From: an uncultured Bacilli bacterium | Lineage (GTDB): Bacteria > Bacillota_I > Bacilli_A > RF39 > UBA660 | Direction of reading: 5' to 3' | DNA length: 64,000 nucleotides | Assembly (NCBI GenBank): GCA_947627845.1 | Contig: CANQXQ010000001.1 | Coordinates: forward strand, 17,032-81,031 | In this document: positions 47,181-56,909 of the stretch, in pieces | How positions within the stretch are numbered: position 1 is the first letter of the stretch | Layout: each line of letters begins with the position of its first letter | Translations under genes and position numbers: made by a program | The notes under the pieces: model-generated | Told to the model about the DNA's origin: nothing | Database searches by the model: none | What the model saw: the letters and a program-made list of their open reading frames with translations, nothing else

Positions 47181-49316
47181 CTAAATATTCACTCGCAAAT
47201 TGTATTTATTTATTACTCTATTGATATACCTGAAACCATATTTTTCATAATTAGTTTCTTTTAATAATTCATTATAATCAATATCTTTATTTAGTAAGTG
47301 AGCTTTTAAATAATTTAGGGCTTCTTCTTTAGTTAAAGCATTAAAATTAATAATATCGTCAAAACGGCCTAAAAATTCTTCGGTGAATGTTTCAGTGAGA
47401 TTATTATTTTTTTCGCCAAAGCCAATATTAATATTTTGATAAGCATTAGAAGTCATAAAGATAAGAGTATGAGAAAAATCAATAGCTTCCCCATGAGAGT
47501 CATGAATTACACCCTCATCCATAATTTGTAAAAATAAATTTAAAACACTAGGATGGGCTTTTTCGATTTCATCAACCAATATAATAGAATATGGATTATA
47601 TTTTACTTTATTAAAAATATAATCATCTTCATAACCAATATAACCATGGGAAACTCCGATAAGTTTATTAACAGAGGTTTCTAAATTATATTCCGACATA
47701 TCAAGGCGAATTAAAGTATTTTTTAAAGTATCACTAATTATTTTAATAGAAGAAGTTTTTCCTACCCCACTTGGACCAACTAATAAAAGTTTTAAATTAG
47801 TATCTTTTTTAAAATAAATATTTAAATTATCAAGTAATTTAGCGATGGCTTGGTCTTGATATACTATTTTAGATAGTAGATTAGCTTTAGTTTTGGTTAA
47901 TAATTCCTCATGATTTAGAAACATAGGAATATGACTTTTAGTTTCAATTACTTTTAAGATATCTTCTTTAGTTATAAGCGTATTATTTTGATCTTTTAAA
48001 GATTTTAGATTATTTTCTAAATTATTTATATTAATACAAGTATCTAAGGCTTTATCAAATAATCCATCTTTAACATAAGACTCTTTTTTGATAATTAAAT
48101 CTTTTAATTCTTGTTCTTTAGGTTTTATTTCTTCTAGAGAAACACTTTTTCTTTTAACATGTGCACAAATACTATCAAGTAAATCAATAGTTTTGTCAGG
48201 GTTTTTTTTCGCGAATAAATATTTATTACCTAAATTAACAATATCTTCAATATTCTCTTCCGTTATCTTTAAATGATGATGTTCTTCATAAATATTTTTT
48301 AAACCTAATAAAATCTTTTTAGTTTCCGCTAAAGTTGGTTCATTAATAAAGACAGTTTCAAAACGGCGTTCTAAAGCTTTATCTTTGGCAATATATTTTT
48401 CGTATTCATGGGTTGTGGTCGCCCCGATTATGCGTAGTTCTCCCCTCGCTAAATAAGGTTTTAAGATATCAGAGGCATTAATGGCTCCCTCAGCACCTCC
48501 GGCATTAACCATAGAATGAACTTCATCAATAAAAAGAATTATATTCTTACTTTTAATGACTTCTTTAATAATTTTAGTTAAACGTTCTTCAAATTCGCCC
48601 CGATATTTAGTACCACTTACTAAATCACCCATAGGAAGTTCCACAATTAAAGTGTTTTCTAAAGGTAATGGGACTTCTTTATTTTCAATTCTTCTGGTTA
48701 ATTCTTCGACTATCGCCGTTTTTCCAACACCAGCAGGGCCAATTAATAAAGGGTTACTTTTTTTCTTACGAAGTAAAACTTCAATTAAATTATTAACTTC
48801 TTTATCACGGCCAATACATTTATCAAAGGTTGCAACTTTATCATTTAAAACATTTCCCACGGTAAATAGTTCTAATTTTTCTTTGACTAAATTACTAGGT
48901 TTTATTTTTAAATCATCATATAAGTCATCAAGATTAATACCGAGGCTAATCATTATTCTAATGGCAATACCCTCGCCCTCATCTAACATGGCCACTAAAA
49001 GATGATTTTCCGTCACTAAACCTTTATTATTTTCTTTAGCATCGCTTAGGGCACTTGCAAGAATCCTTTTTAGTAATGGAGTATATAAATTGGCTTCAAT
49101 ATTTTTTTTAGGAATACCCACTATACCTATTAGTTCTCTTTTAAAATTTTCATAAGTTAAATTATAATTATTTAATTTTTCTTTTAGAGGAGAATCACTT
49201 TTTAGAATACTTAGTAATAAATGTTCACTTCCAACATAGGGATGATGCAAGTTATATCTTTCTTTTTCTGCTTCTTTTAAAATCATACTACCAATAAATC
49301 CAAAGTTATTAAACAT
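47181..49316 (-). CDS. ClpC-like class III AAA+ chaperone (Clp_N repeats, D1, short M-domain, D2) with a short C-terminus
   Basis: Two Walker A sites (GPAGVGKTA, GPSGVGKTS), D1 Walker B ILFIDEVH, D2 Walker B ILVDEIEKAHPSV, ClpP-loop-like INIGFGE, sensor-2 EEFLGRFDDIINF. Confidence 0.85.
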   Translation of the reverse strand: MFNNFGFIGSMILKEAEKERYNLHHPYVGSEHLLLSILKSDSPLKEKLNNYNLTYENFKRELIGIVGIPKKNIEANLYTPLLKRILASALSDAKENNKGLVTENHLLVAMLDEGEGIAIRIMISLGINLDDLYDDLKIKPSNLVKEKLELFTVGNVLNDKVATFDKCIGRDKEVNNLIEVLLRKKKSNPLLIGPAGVGKTAIVEELTRRIENKEVPLPLENTLIVELPMGDLVSGTKYRGEFEERLTKIIKEVIKSKNIILFIDEVHSMVNAGGAEGAINASDILKPYLARGELRIIGATTTHEYEKYIAKDKALERRFETVFINEPTLAETKKILLGLKNIYEEHHHLKITEENIEDIVNLGNKYLFAKKNPDKTIDLLDSICAHVKRKSVSLEEIKPKEQELKDLIIKKESYVKDGLFDKALDTCININNLENNLKSLKDQNNTLITKEDILKVIETKSHIPMFLNHEELLTKTKANLLSKIVYQDQAIAKLLDNLNIYFKKDTNLKLLLVGPSGVGKTSSIKIISDTLKNTLIRLDMSEYNLETSVNKLIGVSHGYIGYEDDYIFNKVKYNPYSIILVDEIEKAHPSVLNLFLQIMDEGVIHDSHGEAIDFSHTLIFMTSNAYQNINIGFGEKNNNLTETFTEEFLGRFDDIINFNALTKEEALNYLKAHLLNKDIDYNELLKETNYEKYGFRYINRVINKYNLRVNI

Positions 49317-49377
49317 ATTGTCCTCCTTTATAAGTCTATGTAAATTATGTAAAAAAAATAAGTAGTTTATTCATTTA

Positions 49378-50091
49378 CTACTTATCTTTATTAATAAGAT
49401 GAAATATTTCTTTATGATTTAAATAATTAGCTAAGATACTAGGTTTAAAGTTATATTCCGTAATATTTTCGGTTAAAATCCATTTAAATTTAGAGGTTTT
49501 AGAGGCTTCTTTATTAATAATACTATCTTTTTCATAGTCTTCTTGATGGTTAAATTTAAGTTCATATAAGATTAATATTTCATGACAAGAGCCATTAGTA
49601 TAGCGAGATGTAAAGAAGTTTTCAACTAAACCTAAACATTTTACAATCGACGTTTCTAGACCGGTTTCTTCAAAGAATTCACGGATTATAGCATCTTCGG
49701 AAGTCTCACCTAGTTTTACACGACCACCGATAAAAGAATAATAATTATTATCGGTATTTTCTTCTAGTAAAATATAAGCATCTTTTTTAATAAGACAACC
49801 AACACGATAATTAAAGGTTATATTGGGGAGTTTAAAACTTATATCTTCAGTATTTTTTAAAGAATTATTTTCAAAAATTTTTAATTTAGTTTCATAATCA
49901 ATTAGTTTAGTCGTAACTTGTTTTAAAGTTTTACTAACACTAGCTTTAGATATATGTCTATTTTCCGCAATTTCAGTTAAGGATAAATCTTCTTCATAAT
50001 AATCCATAAAAGTTTCTTGTTCAATGGTTGTTAATAAATCTTTATATATGTCAAATAAATTATTTAAATATTCCCTATTTTCCATCATCAA
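49378..50091 (-). CDS. YlxM (UPF0122, SRP-operon HTH protein) N-terminal domain fused to a C-terminal Nudix hydrolase
   Basis: N-terminal LFDIYKDLLTTIEQETFMDYYEEDLSLTEIAENRHISKASV parallels B. subtilis YlxM ([41 protein letters not shown]). C-terminal Nudix box GGRVKLGETSEDAIIREFFEETGL. Overlaps ftsY by 17 nt. Confidence 0.7.
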   Translation of the reverse strand: MMMENREYLNNLFDIYKDLLTTIEQETFMDYYEEDLSLTEIAENRHISKASVSKTLKQVTTKLIDYETKLKIFENNSLKNTEDISFKLPNITFNYRVGCLIKKDAYILLEENTDNNYYSFIGGRVKLGETSEDAIIREFFEETGLETSIVKCLGLVENFFTSRYTNGSCHEILILYELKFNHQEDYEKDSIINKEASKTSKFKWILTENITEYNFKPSILANYLNHKEIFHLINKDK

Positions 50092-51073
50092 TCATGTCCT
50101 TAAATAAACCATATATATATGATTCAATATCAAAAGGTTTTAAATCGGTCATAGCTTCGCCAAGGCCAATAAATTTAACGGGAATATTTACGGCTTCTTT
50201 GATGGCTAAAACTATGCCTCCTTTAGCTGTACCATCAAGTTTAGTTAAAACTATACCGGTAATATTAGTAATTTCTTGGAAACTTTCAGCTTGTAAAATA
50301 CCATTTTGACCAGTCGCCGCATCGATAACTAAAAGCGTTTCATGGGGAGCATTAGGTATATGCATACCGATTACTTTATTTATTTTTTCGAGTTCTTTCA
50401 TTAAATTAGATTTGTTCTGCAACCGGCCGGCAGTATCAACTAAAACTATATCAACATTTTCTTCTTTAGCTTTAGTAAGACCATCATAAATAACTCCGGC
50501 AGGATCAGTATTATCTTTACCATAAAACAAAGAGTTAGTTTTACTCGCCCATTCTTTTAATTGTTCAACAGCCCCAGCGCGAAATGTATCGCCCGCGATA
50601 AGCATAACTTTTTTACCTTCATTTTGATATTTATAAGCAAGTTTAGCAATAGTAGTAGTTTTTCCGACCCCATTTACTCCGACCATTAAAATAACGGTAG
50701 GACCATCAGGATTAAGATTTATTTTATCACTTAAAGATTCACCGGAAACATAAATAATAAATAATTCATCAATGATTACTTCTTGTAAATATTTAGGATC
50801 AGTTATATTTTCTTTTTTAACACGATCTTTTAAGCGATCAATAAATTTCATTACCGTATTTACGCCAATATCAGCCATAATAAGTAAGTTTTCTAATTCA
50901 TCATAGTATTCATCTGTTACTTTAGTAAATTTATGACCTAAAACTGATAATTCACTTACAAATTCTTGACGCGTTTTAGCTAATCCTTTTTCATAAGCCG
51001 CTAAATCTTGTTTATCTTCTTTTTTAGTTTCTTTTTTGTAAATTATACTTTTAAATTTTTCAAATAAGCCCAT
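50075..51073 (-). CDS. ftsY: Signal recognition particle receptor
   Basis: NG domain [30 protein letters not shown]. Confidence 0.9.
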   Translation of the reverse strand: MGLFEKFKSIIYKKETKKEDKQDLAAYEKGLAKTRQEFVSELSVLGHKFTKVTDEYYDELENLLIMADIGVNTVMKFIDRLKDRVKKENITDPKYLQEVIIDELFIIYVSGESLSDKINLNPDGPTVILMVGVNGVGKTTTIAKLAYKYQNEGKKVMLIAGDTFRAGAVEQLKEWASKTNSLFYGKDNTDPAGVIYDGLTKAKEENVDIVLVDTAGRLQNKSNLMKELEKINKVIGMHIPNAPHETLLVIDAATGQNGILQAESFQEITNITGIVLTKLDGTAKGGIVLAIKEAVNIPVKFIGLGEAMTDLKPFDIESYIYGLFKDMIDDGK

Positions 51074-51145
51074 TATTTTTCACCTTTAATTATCATATCA
51101 TATAAATAAACATTATAGCAATTATTTTTTAGCTTTGAGTGAAAT

Positions 51146-51174
51146 TTGACAAGCAAAGCTTTTTATGTTAGAAT
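51146..51174 (+). promoter_or_regulatory. Near-consensus SigA promoter TTGACA-17-TAGAAT (with TGn) for the half-Clp gene
   Basis: tTTGACAagcaaagctttttatgtTAGAATag. It overlaps the ORF-track start, so the true start is the downstream ATG at 51203, behind AAAAAGGGGGGAAATAAA. Confidence 0.5.
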
Positions 51175-51202
51175 AGCCTCTAACAAAAAGGGGGGAAATA
51201 AA

Positions 51203-52702
51203 ATGTTATTTCATGAGTTAATAGATAGAGCTAATGAAGAAACTAAAATAATTTTAAATAAATATATGCTTTTGTTCCATAAATATAGTCTTAGAAATTC
51301 TGATCCAATTCATGAGAAATTTTTGAAATCATTTAATAATAATAGAGCACAATTAGCAATTGGTTATTTATTATACATAGCTATTACTTATAATGAAGAT
51401 TTAGCTAATATTTTAAATAAATATGGAAATCTTGAAATACCTTTTTCTACAGAAATTGAAGAAATTATAAAAAATTTGAATAGAGAGTATACTTTAAATA
51501 CCTATGACATCATTTGTCATGAGGAATATGCAGCAGATTCTGTTTTAAAAGCTTATGCTAATTTAAGTGGGCCAGTATGTATAGAAAGGATTATTCATAA
51601 TATTTTTAAGGATTTTATAAATATTTTTCCTGTACAATATTTTAATATTAACTATGAGAGTTTAAAAGAAATTGAAGCTTTAGCTAATGCTAAAGAAAAA
51701 AACATACCTTATCAATGTTCCAATAGTTCAATAAATAACTCAAAAGTAGCAGTAAATATTCCAAAAAATCCAATAAATACACCTTTTGGTGAAAATTTAA
51801 CTTGTAAAACATACTTAAATAATCCTTTAATTGGTAGAAATAAAGAATTTCGAGATATGTGTGCTCTTTTAATGGATGAGGAAAAATCATTAATTATTCA
51901 TGGCTTACCAGGTATTGGAAAAACAACTTTAATAAAGGGACTTGCTTATAATATTCAAAATGGTTTAGCTCCTAAAGCTTTACAAGATAAACAAATTATT
52001 GAAGTTAGTGCTAGTGAATTAATAAGTGGTTGCAAATATGTGGGAATGGTTGAAGAACGAGTTTTAGATTTTATTAATTCTTTACTTAATCAAAATGTTA
52101 TTTTATTTATCGATGAAATTCATACTTTAATGGGTTTAGGTAAAGGTGACGGTGACAATAATGACGTTTCTAATATTTTAAAGCCTTATCTTGGGGATGG
52201 ACGGATTAAAATAGTTGGAGCAACCACTACGGAAGAATATAGCAAAATACTAGAAAATGGGGCTTTTGCTAGACGGTTTAATGGTTTAGAAATATCAGTA
52301 TTAAGTGATAAAGATGTTTTAATAATTTTAAAAGCTTTAATTGCGAGATATCAAGAGACTAAGCGTTTAGGATTTAGTTATTCTGAAGATATTCAAAATA
52401 GTCTATTAAAATTAATATTACTATTTACAAATAAAAAACATCAAAATTGTTTTTACGATAAACAGTTATTTAATCCAGATTTTGCTTTAACTATTTTAAG
52501 AAATGGGTATAATTATGCCCAAGTTGATAGTAAAGATGCTTTAGATGTAGAAGCTTTAATTGAAGGTTTTAAAGCAATAGATTTTATAAGTGATACTCAT
52601 AAAGAAGAGTTTGAAGAAAAAGCATTATCTTTAGTAAGAAAACCTCAATCAGATAAAAATGTAATTGATATTAGAGGGTTATTGCCAAATCATTCTTGCT
52701 AG
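51203..52702 (+). CDS. Half-Clp AAA+ protein: novel N-domain + ClpA/C D1 module only (paralog of the neighbouring ClpC-like D1)
   Basis: LIGRNKEFRDMCALL...LIIHGLPGIGKTTL Walker A, ILFIDEIHTLMGLGKG Walker B, ILKPYLGDGRIKIVGATTTEEY and ARRFNGLEISVLSD mirror the D1 of the 711-aa neighbour. No D2. Confidence 0.7.
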   Translation: MLFHELIDRANEETKIILNKYMLLFHKYSLRNSDPIHEKFLKSFNNNRAQLAIGYLLYIAITYNEDLANILNKYGNLEIPFSTEIEEIIKNLNREYTLNTYDIICHEEYAADSVLKAYANLSGPVCIERIIHNIFKDFINIFPVQYFNINYESLKEIEALANAKEKNIPYQCSNSSINNSKVAVNIPKNPINTPFGENLTCKTYLNNPLIGRNKEFRDMCALLMDEEKSLIIHGLPGIGKTTLIKGLAYNIQNGLAPKALQDKQIIEVSASELISGCKYVGMVEERVLDFINSLLNQNVILFIDEIHTLMGLGKGDGDNNDVSNILKPYLGDGRIKIVGATTTEEYSKILENGAFARRFNGLEISVLSDKDVLIILKALIARYQETKRLGFSYSEDIQNSLLKLILLFTNKKHQNCFYDKQLFNPDFALTILRNGYNYAQVDSKDALDVEALIEGFKAIDFISDTHKEEFEEKALSLVRKPQSDKNVIDIRGLLPNHSC

Positions 52703-52805
52703 TTTTTAGTGAGGCAAATATTTCTATTCAAAAATTTGTCTAAAATCGTCTAATTGTTTTGCATTAATAGTATTTTTTTGGTACAATTATAATGGTGAGT
52801 AAAAC

Positions 52806-55049
52806 ATGGCAAAGAAGAAAAAATCTAGTAGTAGTGAAAGTGCTAATTTCCCTTATAGTGTAGAACTTACAGGGCTTATTTTGATATTAATTGGTTTAAT
52901 TGGTTTTATATATTGTTTAGTTGGTAATTTTATTAAGCAGTTTGCAATGTTTTTAGTAGGTGGCTGGGCATGGATTTTTTTATTGCTTGGTTTTATCGTT
53001 CTAGGATCTTACATGCTTTTTAAAAGAAAGTTACCCAAATTTTTTAGTCAAAGATTAATTGGTTTATATGTAATTATTTTAGTTATTTTATTAGCTAGTC
53101 ATTTTGGCTTTATTGAGCAATGTAAAAATGCTTCTGATATATTTCAATCAACAATAGATCAATATATGGAAAGAATTGCTACAATTACAAGAGGTACTAC
53201 CCTATTTACAAGTGGGGATGCATCAATTGAGATTGGTGGAGGTATTATTGGGGCTATTTTAGCGGTAGTTTTTAGTAGTTTGTTTGGTCTTACAGGATCA
53301 AAGATAGTCGCCGCAATATTAGTGGTTTTTGGTGTAATCTTATTATTTAATATTACGTTTGCTGATATACTTAAAAAGTTAAAAGAAACATTTAAAGCCA
53401 TGAAAAATGAAGAAGAAGTTGAAGAAAAAGCTAAAGGTTTAGAACATGAAAGTAAATTATATGATTATGAAGAAGAAAAAGATTTTGAACCACCGAAAGA
53501 TGATAAAATTATTATTACCAGTATGGAAGAGTTAAAAACAATGAAAGAACCGCAAGTGGCTAAAGAAAATCTAGAACAACCAGAAAATAAAGTATATGAA
53601 ATAAATTCTAGTTATACTTTACCACCATTATCTTTACTTGATGATGTTAAAGAACAAAAGAAAGTTAATTCCAATAATTATATAAGAAGTAATAAAGAAA
53701 ATTTGGAAAGAGTGTTAAAAGATTTTCAAATTAATGGTCAAGTGGTAGAAATTCATATTGGTCCGGCAGTTACCCAATTTGAAGTTAAAGTACCGAGTGG
53801 AACTAAAGTTAGTCGCATAAGTGGTATAAATAAGGAAATAGCTTTAGCTTTAGCGGCCAAAGATGTCAGAATTCAAGCCCCTATTCCAGGAAAAAGTACA
53901 ATTGGTATTGAAATACCTAATCCATCTATAAGTATGGTTAAATTTAAAGAAGTTTTAGCTTATGAGGGTAAAGAAGCAAATGGTAAAATAATTGTGGCGT
54001 TAGGTAAAGATATTATGGGTCAACCAAAATTAGCCGATTTATCAAAAATGCCTCACCTTTTAATTGCCGGTTCGACAGGTTCAGGTAAATCAGTTTGTAC
54101 CAATACTATAATTTGTTCAATTTTAATGCGTTATAAGCCCGATGAAGTAAAATTAATGTTAGTAGATCCGAAAAAAGTAGAATTATCAAATTACAATGGT
54201 ATTCCTCATCTTATATGTCCGGTTGTAAGTGATCCGAAAAAAGCAAGTGTCGCTTTACAAAAACTAGTTAGTGAAATGGAAAGAAGATATGATTTATTTA
54301 GTGAGAAAAATGTTAAAAATATTGCTGGTTATAACGAATTAATTGATAAAGAAAATAAAAATAAAGATGAAAAAGTGCCAAGAATGCATTATATTGTCGC
54401 GATTATTGATGAGTTAGCTGATTTAATGTTAGTTGCTTCTAAAGAAGTAGAAGATTCAATTATGCGAATTACTCAAATGGCTAGAGCGGCCGGTATTCAT
54501 TTAATTGTAGCAACCCAAAGACCCTCTACGGATGTTATTACCGGAGTAGTTAAAGCTAATATTCCATCACGTATTGCTTTTGCCGTAGCTAGTAATATAG
54601 ATTCGCGAACAATTTTAGACTCGAGTGGAGCCGAAAAACTTTTAGGTAAAGGTGATATGTTATTCTTACCTATGGGAGAAAATGTTCCAACTCGTATTCA
54701 AGGTTGTTTCATTGATGATAGTGAAATTGCGAGAATAATTGATTATGTATGTAAGCAACAAGGTGCCCATTATGATAGTGAAATGGAAAACTTAAATGCT
54801 AGTGGAAATGGTATTCATGGACTTCCAGATGAGACTGAAGAATATGATGATCCATTATATAATGAAATTGTGGAATTTACTATTCAAACTGGTAAAGTAA
54901 GTACTTCCCTTTTACAAAGAAGATTTAGACTTGGTTATAATAGAGCTGCGAGAGTTGTAGATTTACTAGAAGAACGCGGAATTGTTGGTCCCGCAAATGG
55001 ATCTAAACCACGAGAAGTTTTGGTTAAATTAGAAGATAAAACAGAATAA
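52806..55049 (+). CDS. ftsK: DNA translocase FtsK/SpoIIIE
   Basis: Four N-terminal TMs, linker, motor domain GSTGSGKSV and IVAIIDELADL, C-terminal gamma (winged-helix) domain. Confidence 0.9.
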   Translation: MAKKKKSSSSESANFPYSVELTGLILILIGLIGFIYCLVGNFIKQFAMFLVGGWAWIFLLLGFIVLGSYMLFKRKLPKFFSQRLIGLYVIILVILLASHFGFIEQCKNASDIFQSTIDQYMERIATITRGTTLFTSGDASIEIGGGIIGAILAVVFSSLFGLTGSKIVAAILVVFGVILLFNITFADILKKLKETFKAMKNEEEVEEKAKGLEHESKLYDYEEEKDFEPPKDDKIIITSMEELKTMKEPQVAKENLEQPENKVYEINSSYTLPPLSLLDDVKEQKKVNSNNYIRSNKENLERVLKDFQINGQVVEIHIGPAVTQFEVKVPSGTKVSRISGINKEIALALAAKDVRIQAPIPGKSTIGIEIPNPSISMVKFKEVLAYEGKEANGKIIVALGKDIMGQPKLADLSKMPHLLIAGSTGSGKSVCTNTIICSILMRYKPDEVKLMLVDPKKVELSNYNGIPHLICPVVSDPKKASVALQKLVSEMERRYDLFSEKNVKNIAGYNELIDKENKNKDEKVPRMHYIVAIIDELADLMLVASKEVEDSIMRITQMARAAGIHLIVATQRPSTDVITGVVKANIPSRIAFAVASNIDSRTILDSSGAEKLLGKGDMLFLPMGENVPTRIQGCFIDDSEIARIIDYVCKQQGAHYDSEMENLNASGNGIHGLPDETEEYDDPLYNEIVEFTIQTGKVSTSLLQRRFRLGYNRAARVVDLLEERGIVGPANGSKPREVLVKLEDKTE

Positions 55050-55109
55050 AAATATAAATTGCAAATAAAAATATAATATGATAAAATAACTTTAAGGAGA
55101 TAGTGATAT

Positions 55110-55640
55110 ATGGCGAATACTAAAACTAAAATTAAAAACCAAAATACCAAAAATTGGTTAGTTAATATTTTTATTATAGTTGGGGTATTACTTTTTATAT
55201 TATATATTTATGAATGGTATGTCGTTAAAGAACAAGAAAAATATATAAATAGCTATTTAATAGATTCTAAAACTATAAGTCTCGAAATGACCGAAATAAA
55301 TGAGATTGATTCAGTTTTATCAGAAACCGGAAGTTATTATTTTGTATATATAGGTTATACTAAAGATAAAAATGTTTATTCTTTAGAAAAGAAATTAAAA
55401 CCAATTATTGATGATTATGATTTACATAACAATTTCTATTATATTAATGTTACTGATATTAAAGAGGATAATAAAAACTATATTAAAGATATAGCTTCTA
55501 AATTAAATATAGATAGTAAAGATATTAAGAAAGTTCCAGTTATTTTATATTTTAAAGATGGAGAGTTAGGAGATAAAGCTATTTATTCAGCTAAAGATTT
55601 TAAAAATTTATTAGAAGAACAAGGCTTTGATAAAATGTAA
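55110..55640 (+). CDS. Membrane-anchored hypothetical protein
   Basis: N-terminal TM WLVNIFIIVGVLLFILYIY, soluble ~140-aa domain without recognised motifs. Confidence 0.4.
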   Translation: MANTKTKIKNQNTKNWLVNIFIIVGVLLFILYIYEWYVVKEQEKYINSYLIDSKTISLEMTEINEIDSVLSETGSYYFVYIGYTKDKNVYSLEKKLKPIIDDYDLHNNFYYINVTDIKEDNKNYIKDIASKLNIDSKDIKKVPVILYFKDGELGDKAIYSAKDFKNLLEEQGFDKM

Positions 55641-55648
55641 AAAATTAC

Positions 55649-56281
55649 TCAATTACGAGTAATTTTTTTATTATAGTATAAACAATACTTTTGGAATGGG
55701 CAATTAGAGCATTCGGGTTTTAGAGCTTTACACTTATAACGGCCAAATAATACTAATTGATGATGCAATCTACTCCAGTGGTCTTGAGGTAAAAAATGCA
55801 TTAATTTCTGTTCAATTTGATTAACATTATCTTCAGGGTTAGCTAAACCTAAACGAACTGATACTCGAGCAACATGCGTATCAACAGCGATAGCGGGAAT
55901 AGCAAAAATATTTGATAAAACAACATTACAAGTTTTACGACCAACACCAGGTAGGCTTTCTAAATATTCTCTATTATTAGGAACTTTACCAGCATAATCA
56001 TTAACTAACCTAGTGGCAATTTCTTTTATATAATAAGCTTTTTTAGTATAAGAACCACAGGGACGAATAATATTTTCAATAGCTTTTAAGGAAGCATCTT
56101 TTAAAGTATAAATATCATATTTTTTAAATAAAATTTTGGTTACTTCATTTACTCTTTTATCAGTACATTGGGCACTTAAAACAGTGGCAATTAATAATTC
56201 ATAATCTTTAGAATAATTTAGTTCACAGCGAGCATCTGGAAATAATTTATCTAATTCTTTAATTAATATTTCACTCTTCAT
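55649..56281 (-). CDS. nth: Endonuclease III (DNA glycosylase/AP lyase)
   Basis: HhH-GPD with LPGVGRKTCNVVL and the 4Fe-4S ligand pattern C-x6-C-x2-C-x5-C (CKALKPECSNCPFQKYC). Confidence 0.9.
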   Translation of the reverse strand: MKSEILIKELDKLFPDARCELNYSKDYELLIATVLSAQCTDKRVNEVTKILFKKYDIYTLKDASLKAIENIIRPCGSYTKKAYYIKEIATRLVNDYAGKVPNNREYLESLPGVGRKTCNVVLSNIFAIPAIAVDTHVARVSVRLGLANPEDNVNQIEQKLMHFLPQDHWSRLHHQLVLFGRYKCKALKPECSNCPFQKYCLYYNKKITRN

Positions 56282-56909
56282 CTTCTAACCAATTATAATC
56301 AAATAATTCCTTTCTTTCTTTATTTTCATGGCGATTTTCTAAATGTTCATTAACTTCTTTTAAAGTTTTAAAACCTTTCTTTTGCCATTCATATAGGATT
56401 TTATCGATGTAACGTAAGTTTTTAACTCCATTATAGATAGCTTCTTTTAAAGCCCCTTTAATTAATTCTTCTGAGTAACCTTTTTCTAACCAAGCATTTA
56501 TAATTTCATATTCGGTACTAGTGATAGGACGCGCAAATTCTTCTTCAAAGATGGCATATATATCAGTTTTAGTCTCCCCTTTTTGTTCAGTAATTTTACT
56601 GTCCATGACTAAATTATAAAAATTATCAAGATTTACTACTTCAATCATTCGACCCTCTAAATCTTTTTTAGTTTCAATGGTTAAAAGCTTTTTAGAAACT
56701 AAATTATTAAATATTTGGTAGGCAGTATCAATAGTTAAGCCAATACTTTTACTTAAACGATCAATATCTAAATAGTTATTATCATTATCAAAATAAGTTA
56801 AGACTAAAAATTCTTCTAAAGTTAGTTTTAATTCTAAAGCTTTTTTTATAAATAAGCCATTAGTTACGTATTTAGTTGTTTTAAAAATTGTATTATTCAT
56901 GAAATCCAC
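56271..56909 (-). CDS. dnaD: DnaD-domain replication initiation/membrane attachment protein
   Basis: N-terminal winged helix, C-terminal DDBH2 block NLRYIDKILYEWQKKG. Adjacent to nth, as in B. subtilis. Confidence 0.75.
   Translation of the reverse strand: MDFMNNTIFKTTKYVTNGLFIKKALELKLTLEEFLVLTYFDNDNNYLDIDRLSKSIGLTIDTAYQIFNNLVSKKLLTIETKKDLEGRMIEVVNLDNFYNLVMDSKITEQKGETKTDIYAIFEEEFARPITSTEYEIINAWLEKGYSEELIKGALKEAIYNGVKNLRYIDKILYEWQKKGFKTLKEVNEHLENRHENKERKELFDYNWLEDEE

Noticed and set aside
51146-51202. N-terminal 19-codon extension of the half-Clp ORF
   Set aside because: The extension overlaps a near-consensus -35/-10 promoter. The ATG at 51203 follows a strong G-rich RBS.
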